Below, in pieces: positions 59,424 through 64,000 of a DNA stretch of 64,000 nt. Location of the stretch: positions 46,579-110,578 of the forward strand of contig DHNG01000030.1 of NCBI GenBank assembly GCA_002409405.1, read 5' to 3'. Below the pieces are notes generated by a model, which saw nothing but the letters and a program-made list of their open reading frames with translations, made no database searches and was not told where the DNA came from. This DNA is from Flavobacteriales bacterium UBA5422. GTDB taxonomy: Bacteria; Bacteroidota; Bacteroidia; Flavobacteriales_D; Crocinitomicaceae. Numbering within the stretch: the first letter of the stretch is position 1; every line of letters starts with the position of its first letter. Position numbers and translations under genes: made by a program.

Positions 59424-61328
59424 ATGAAATCGCTTTTTGTATTGTTTTCTATACTTGTTTCGTATACAGCCACTTCTCAAAGTCTGGACAGTCTTCTGCA
59501 AGCACTTCCGACCATGAAAGACGATACGAACAAAACCATTGCACTGCAAAGTATTGCTTCAATATACCTCTATACAGATCTGGAGTATGCCAAAAAATAC
59601 ACGGACACACTCGTACAACTTGCAACCAACATTTCGGACAACAACAGATTGGGTAAAGCATATAACCTGTATGGAGAATATTACTATCGAAACAATGACT
59701 GGTTGAACATGAAGCGTTCACTGGAAAAGGCTAAAACGTTTTTTAATCCTAAAACCGATAAGGCTGAACTGATACCTATTAATTCCTTATATGCGCAATA
59801 TTATTCAAAAATGGGAGATGCAGAGACCGCAATTAATCTGTATCTAAAATCATTGCGCTCCTATAAAGACCTTCATGACAAATCAGGAGAAGGAAAAACC
59901 CTGTCTTCAATTGCGTTGTTAATGGGGAAAAATAAACGTTACAAGGAAGCGGAAGATTATTTCTTAAAAGCAGCCGGGATTCGAAAAGAATTAGGGGATA
60001 AGCGCGGTGAATCTCTTGTATACCTTAACTTAGGTGCTGCTTATAGCGAACAGGAAGAGTTTGAAAAGGCGTATACCGCTATTCAGTCAGCATTGGCTAT
60101 TCAGAAAGAGTTGGGAGATAAAATCATTATTGCAAGCTGTGAAGCAAACCTGGCAAACCTCTACAACAAGAAAAATGAATATCAGCAATCATTAAATTTA
60201 ACCGATAAACTGCTCCCGTTTTATACCGAGCAAAACAATACACAAACCCTTATTATTTTATATATCTACCGCGCAGCTTCGTACACGGGATTAAAAGATC
60301 AGGAAAAGGCACTCAAACAACTGGAGTTAGCAGACCAATTGTTGATCAGTGGTGACAAAATAATGGAAGCCTACATCAACAGTGAATACTACAAAACGTA
60401 CAAAGCATTCGGAAATACATCACAAGCACTGAAGTATTACGAAAAAACCGTTGAGCTCGAAAAGGAAAACAATACTTTGGAAATGCAAAATAACATTTCC
60501 AAACTAAAAGAACTCTACGAAACGGAGCAAAAAGAGCAAGAAAATAAAGAGTTAAAACAAGTAAATGAAATCAGCCAGCTACGTTTAAAGAATAACCGGT
60601 ATCTGCTGATCGGGATTTTAATTCTTTCCGTTTTAATCATACTGGTATTTGTTCTTATTATCCGAACCAACCGCATCCGGTCAAGGGAGAAAAATGTACA
60701 GTTACAACAAAAGTTATTGGTTTCCCAGATGAATCCACATTTTATCTTCAATTCACTGAACTCTATCCAAAACTTCATTTATAAGCAAGATCCACTCAAT
60801 GCCTCCATCTATTTAAGTCGTTTTTCCGAGTTAATGCGCATGATTCTCACCTTCTCACGAAAAGACCAAATTACCCTTGCTGAAGAAAAACAATTGCTGG
60901 AACGTTATTTAGAAATCCAGAAACTACGTTTCGGAGATAAACTAATCTGGGACATCACATCCGACGAAGAAATAGATGATGAAAATGTATTGATTCAACC
61001 CATGCTGGCGCAACCATTTATTGAAAATTCTTTGGAACACGGCTTGTTTAAGAATCAAGAAACCGGGATCATTTCCATTCGTTTTAACACCGAAAACGAC
61101 TACCTTATTTTCGAGATAGAAGACAACGGAATCGGGTTGGATGCATCGGTTCAAAAATCCGGAAGCCATGAATCACTGGCAACCAGAATTACGCAAGAAC
61201 GGATCTCCGGTATCAGAACACTTACCGGGAAAAACACCGTTTTTGAAGTGATTAATTTAAAGGACCTCCACCCGGATCTCCACGGTGTAAAAGTTGTATT
61301 CAAAATCCCTTATCAAACCCTGTTATAA
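59424..61328 (+). CDS. TPR-containing LytS/YehU-type sensor histidine kinase
   Basis: Signal peptide, TPR repeats, TM helix, SQMNPHFIFNSLNSI H-box, QPFIENSLEHG, IEDNGIG. Confidence 0.92.
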   Translation: MKSLFVLFSILVSYTATSQSLDSLLQALPTMKDDTNKTIALQSIASIYLYTDLEYAKKYTDTLVQLATNISDNNRLGKAYNLYGEYYYRNNDWLNMKRSLEKAKTFFNPKTDKAELIPINSLYAQYYSKMGDAETAINLYLKSLRSYKDLHDKSGEGKTLSSIALLMGKNKRYKEAEDYFLKAAGIRKELGDKRGESLVYLNLGAAYSEQEEFEKAYTAIQSALAIQKELGDKIIIASCEANLANLYNKKNEYQQSLNLTDKLLPFYTEQNNTQTLIILYIYRAASYTGLKDQEKALKQLELADQLLISGDKIMEAYINSEYYKTYKAFGNTSQALKYYEKTVELEKENNTLEMQNNISKLKELYETEQKEQENKELKQVNEISQLRLKNNRYLLIGILILSVLIILVFVLIIRTNRIRSREKNVQLQQKLLVSQMNPHFIFNSLNSIQNFIYKQDPLNASIYLSRFSELMRMILTFSRKDQITLAEEKQLLERYLEIQKLRFGDKLIWDITSDEEIDDENVLIQPMLAQPFIENSLEHGLFKNQETGIISIRFNTENDYLIFEIEDNGIGLDASVQKSGSHESLATRITQERISGIRTLTGKNTVFEVINLKDLHPDLHGVKVVFKIPYQTLL

Positions 61329-61332
61329 CGCT

Positions 61333-62061
61333 ATGAAAGCACTCATCATTGACGACGAAGAAAACAGCCGGGAATTATTAGAAAGCATGCTTGGTTTGTT
61401 TTGCCCTACTATTCAGGTTGCAGGAACTGCTGCATCTGTTCAGACAGGATTTGTAAGTATCCGGGAACACCAGCCGGATGTTGTTTTTTTGGATGTGCAA
61501 ATGGGAGACGGAACGGGATTCGATCTGCTTTCTCTGTTTGATGCGGTTTCTTTTCATGTCATTTTTACAACTGCTTATCAGGAATATGCTATTCGTGCCT
61601 TTCAATACAGCGCTGTCGATTACCTGCTCAAACCGATTTCACCTGAGTACCTGGTAAAGGCAGTCAACAAAGTACAGAAGCTGCATCACTCAGAAGCAGA
61701 AATTCAAACCTTACTTGACAACATTAAACAACCGGAGGACAAAAAGATAGTTGTTAAAACACATGACCGGATTTATGCTCTGTACATAAAAGACATTATT
61801 CGCTGCGAAGCAGATAGCAGCTACACCACTCTTTTCTTGCAAAACGGCCATAAAATTGTGGTTGCCAAACAACTCAAAGAATTTGATGAAACACTTTCAT
61901 CGGATGGGTTTATGCGCGTGCATCAAAGTCACCTCATCAATCTAAACCATCTCTTCTACTATCAAAAAGGAACCAACCTTGTGATTATGAACGACGAAAG
62001 TTCTGTTCCGGTGTCTGCCAAGAAAAAAGAAGAATTACTGATTTTCATCGCTTCCAAATAA
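61333..62061 (+). CDS. LytTR-family response regulator
   Basis: REC domain IIDDE, FLDVQM, FTTAY, DYLLKP; LytTR domain EADSSYT, FMRVHQSHLIN, PVS. Confidence 0.95.
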   Translation: MKALIIDDEENSRELLESMLGLFCPTIQVAGTAASVQTGFVSIREHQPDVVFLDVQMGDGTGFDLLSLFDAVSFHVIFTTAYQEYAIRAFQYSAVDYLLKPISPEYLVKAVNKVQKLHHSEAEIQTLLDNIKQPEDKKIVVKTHDRIYALYIKDIIRCEADSSYTTLFLQNGHKIVVAKQLKEFDETLSSDGFMRVHQSHLINLNHLFYYQKGTNLVIMNDESSVPVSAKKKEELLIFIASK

Positions 62062-62063
62062 TC

Positions 62064-62115
62064 AATACCAAACAGTTACCTGCAAATACCAAACGGATGT
62101 GCTTAAATACGAAGT
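62064..62115 (+). promoter_or_regulatory. Three 21-bp-phased direct repeats, candidate LytTR operator
   Basis: AATACCAAAC at 62064, AATACCAAAC at 62085, AATACGAAGT at 62106. Confidence 0.7.
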
Positions 62116-62178
62116 ACACCCCTTTCTTCTGAATGAATTTAAATAGTTTTGTCCACTAAAATTCATTACAACTCTTTT

Positions 62179-64000
62179 ATGAAAAAGATAATTATTCTTC
62201 TTACGTGTCTGCAAAGCATTATCTTATTTGGACAAGCTCCTTTAACAGCTTGGGTGCATAATTATGGAGGTTCTACGGCAGACGATTTAGGAAGAGCCGC
62301 ATATACAGATAATAACGGCAATGTATACACAACAGGTCGTGTCAGTGGTGTAGCTTCATTTGGCGGCGTTGGTTCTGCTCCGATTGGAACAACTGCCGAT
62401 GTTTTTATTTCAAAAACGACTGCAAACGGAACTGTTGAATGGGTCAAACGATTTGGAGGGGCAGGAAGTGGTCATAGTTTAGGAACATCTATTAAGGTAG
62501 ATAATAATGGAAATATTTATGTAGTTGGTCAATTTACAACAGCCACAATCACATTTAATTCTTATGTCCTTACTCGTAATAGCTCCCAAAGTGGATTTGT
62601 GGTGAAAATGAATGCTTCCGGAACTGTTCTATGGGCTAAAGGTTCATCGGGGACTACAGCATATGGAGGATGTTATGACATTGATGTAGATGAAAACAGT
62701 AATGTTTATGTCACCGGAAGTTATAATGGTTATTCGTTTCAGTTAGGTGGTATTAATGTAACTTCTATGGGGGGGCAGGAAAAAGACTGTTATATTATCA
62801 AATTTGATTCAAATGGAAACGGACTCTGGGGTGTAAGTTTTGGGGACGTGACAGGGGATATAGATGTTGATGGATCGGTGAAGGTTGATAATACGGGTAA
62901 TATTCTGGTTACAATGACCACATATGGCAATTCTGTTAAGATAGGTACAATGACCTTGAATCCAACGGGAGTAAGAGCTGCCTGTTACTTTAATATGAAT
63001 GCAAACGGTAGTGTGTTGTGGGCCAATACGATAGAAAGCGGTAATCTTATAACATCTAATTTATCCGCCCAGAGTTTAGGAACAGATGCTGTTGGAAATG
63101 TATACATAGGAGGTGCTTTCGAAACATCAACGGTAATAGGCACTACATATCTCTCTTCTGCAGGTGGATACGATTGTTTTATAGCAAAAGGAAATCCCAG
63201 TGGCACTATCTTGTGGGCAAAACGATTGGGATCAACCGGTACTGATCAGTTCTATGCTATCTCCACAGACAGTGATGGTAATATTTATGTTTCCGCATCA
63301 TTCGCCACCACCACCACAATTGCGCCTGGAATTACTGTAAGTGGTTCTCAACTTATAAAAATAGATACAAATGGGAATATTCTTTGGGCTAAAAGCGTAC
63401 CTATTAATGAAATGTTCTTAGCTAGAAACATTTCAACACATGTTTATGCAACAGGAATACTAAACGGAACAAAAACATTTGACTCATTTTCGGTGATGTC
63501 TTCCGGGACTAAAGATGTTGTTTTGGTGAAATTAAATCAGGACTGCTCTCCGATTACTCACACTATTTCAGAAATTGCCTGCGGCTCATATACCTGGACA
63601 ACTGGAAACGGACAAACTTACAATACGAATACAACAGCGACACATACAATTGTCGGAGGTGCATCAAATGGATGCGACAGCATTGTTACGCTAAATCTCA
63701 CAATCAACCAACCGACGAGTTCTTCCGTTGCTGTGACTGAATGTGAATCCTACACATGGCCAATCAACAATCAAACGTACACAACCTCAGGAGCGTACAC
63801 GCATGTAATTACGAATACTAACAATTGTGATTCGACAATTACACTAAACCTGACAATCAATCAGCCGACGAGTTCTTCCGTTGCTGTGACTGAATGTGAA
63901 ACGTATACATGGCCAATCAATAACCAGACGTATACAACGTCAGGAGCATACACGCATGTAATTCCAAATACAAATAACTGTGATTCAACGATTACTCTGA
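62179..64000 (+). CDS. Large exported protein: SBBP-type beta-propeller followed by Cys-containing 51-aa stalk repeats (3' truncated; probable T9SS cargo)
   Basis: Open frame from ATG 62179 (MKKIIILLTCLQSIILFG-Q) to the window end; repeated D..GN.Y..G...F..K....G...W blades; repeats NQPTSSSVAVTECESYTWPINNQTYTTSGAYTHVITNTNNCDSTITLNLTI. Confidence 0.88.
   Translation, partial: MKKIIILLTCLQSIILFGQAPLTAWVHNYGGSTADDLGRAAYTDNNGNVYTTGRVSGVASFGGVGSAPIGTTADVFISKTTANGTVEWVKRFGGAGSGHSLGTSIKVDNNGNIYVVGQFTTATITFNSYVLTRNSSQSGFVVKMNASGTVLWAKGSSGTTAYGGCYDIDVDENSNVYVTGSYNGYSFQLGGINVTSMGGQEKDCYIIKFDSNGNGLWGVSFGDVTGDIDVDGSVKVDNTGNILVTMTTYGNSVKIGTMTLNPTGVRAACYFNMNANGSVLWANTIESGNLITSNLSAQSLGTDAVGNVYIGGAFETSTVIGTTYLSSAGGYDCFIAKGNPSGTILWAKRLGSTGTDQFYAISTDSDGNIYVSASFATTTTIAPGITVSGSQLIKIDTNGNILWAKSVPINEMFLARNISTHVYATGILNGTKTFDSFSVMSSGTKDVVLVKLNQDCSPITHTISEIACGSYTWTTGNGQTYNTNTTATHTIVGGASNGCDSIVTLNLTINQPTSSSVAVTECESYTWPINNQTYTTSGAYTHVITNTNNCDSTITLNLTINQPTSSSVAVTECETYTWPINNQTYTTSGAYTHVIPNTNNCDSTITL
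63701..64000 (+). repeat. Intragenic tandem repeat, 153-nt period
   Basis: caatcaa.ca.ccgacgagttcttccgttgctgtgactgaatgtgaa recurs at 63701 and 63854. Confidence 0.9.

Noticed and set aside
58228-59424. dxr not followed by rseP as a sign of an island boundary
   Set aside because: No att site, tRNA, integrase or direct repeat at the junction; gene-order variation alone is weak evidence.

Overview
Chromosomal window from a Bacteroidota genome, probably Flavobacteriales and Fluviicola/Crocinitomicaceae-like. This is inferred from T9SS C-terminal domains, signal peptides ending in A-Q, TAnnTTTG -7 promoter boxes and gene content. It is mostly housekeeping: mfd, katG, fbp, ettA, sdhCAB, tdk, sufABCD, pyrE, ahcY, rnhB, rnr, a ybdL-yafV-like pair and dxr. 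These are interspersed with exported and surface proteins (two PA-domain T9SS paralogs, two DUF4476-like paralogs, an RCC1 propeller, an Omp85-like barrel with a frameshift, a large SBBP-propeller protein cut by the window end), an ECF sigma operon and a LytS/LytTR pair. I saw no rRNA, tRNA, CRISPR array, transposase or prophage. The best candidate for an undescribed system is a four-helix-bundle (23S-IVP/Avd-like) gene inside the sdhA-sdhB junction, bracketed by two mutually complementary 5x7-nt periodic arrays, with a possible gene-less heptad relic between sufB and sufC. Other notable signals: two further families of intergenic palindromic elements, a probable ACG start codon, three 21-bp-phased LytTR-type boxes, an 18/20 upstream motif shared by distant paralogs, and a soluble DUF2723/TMEM260-like protein in the ECF operon. 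All calls come from reading the sequence and recalled family motifs; no searches were run.
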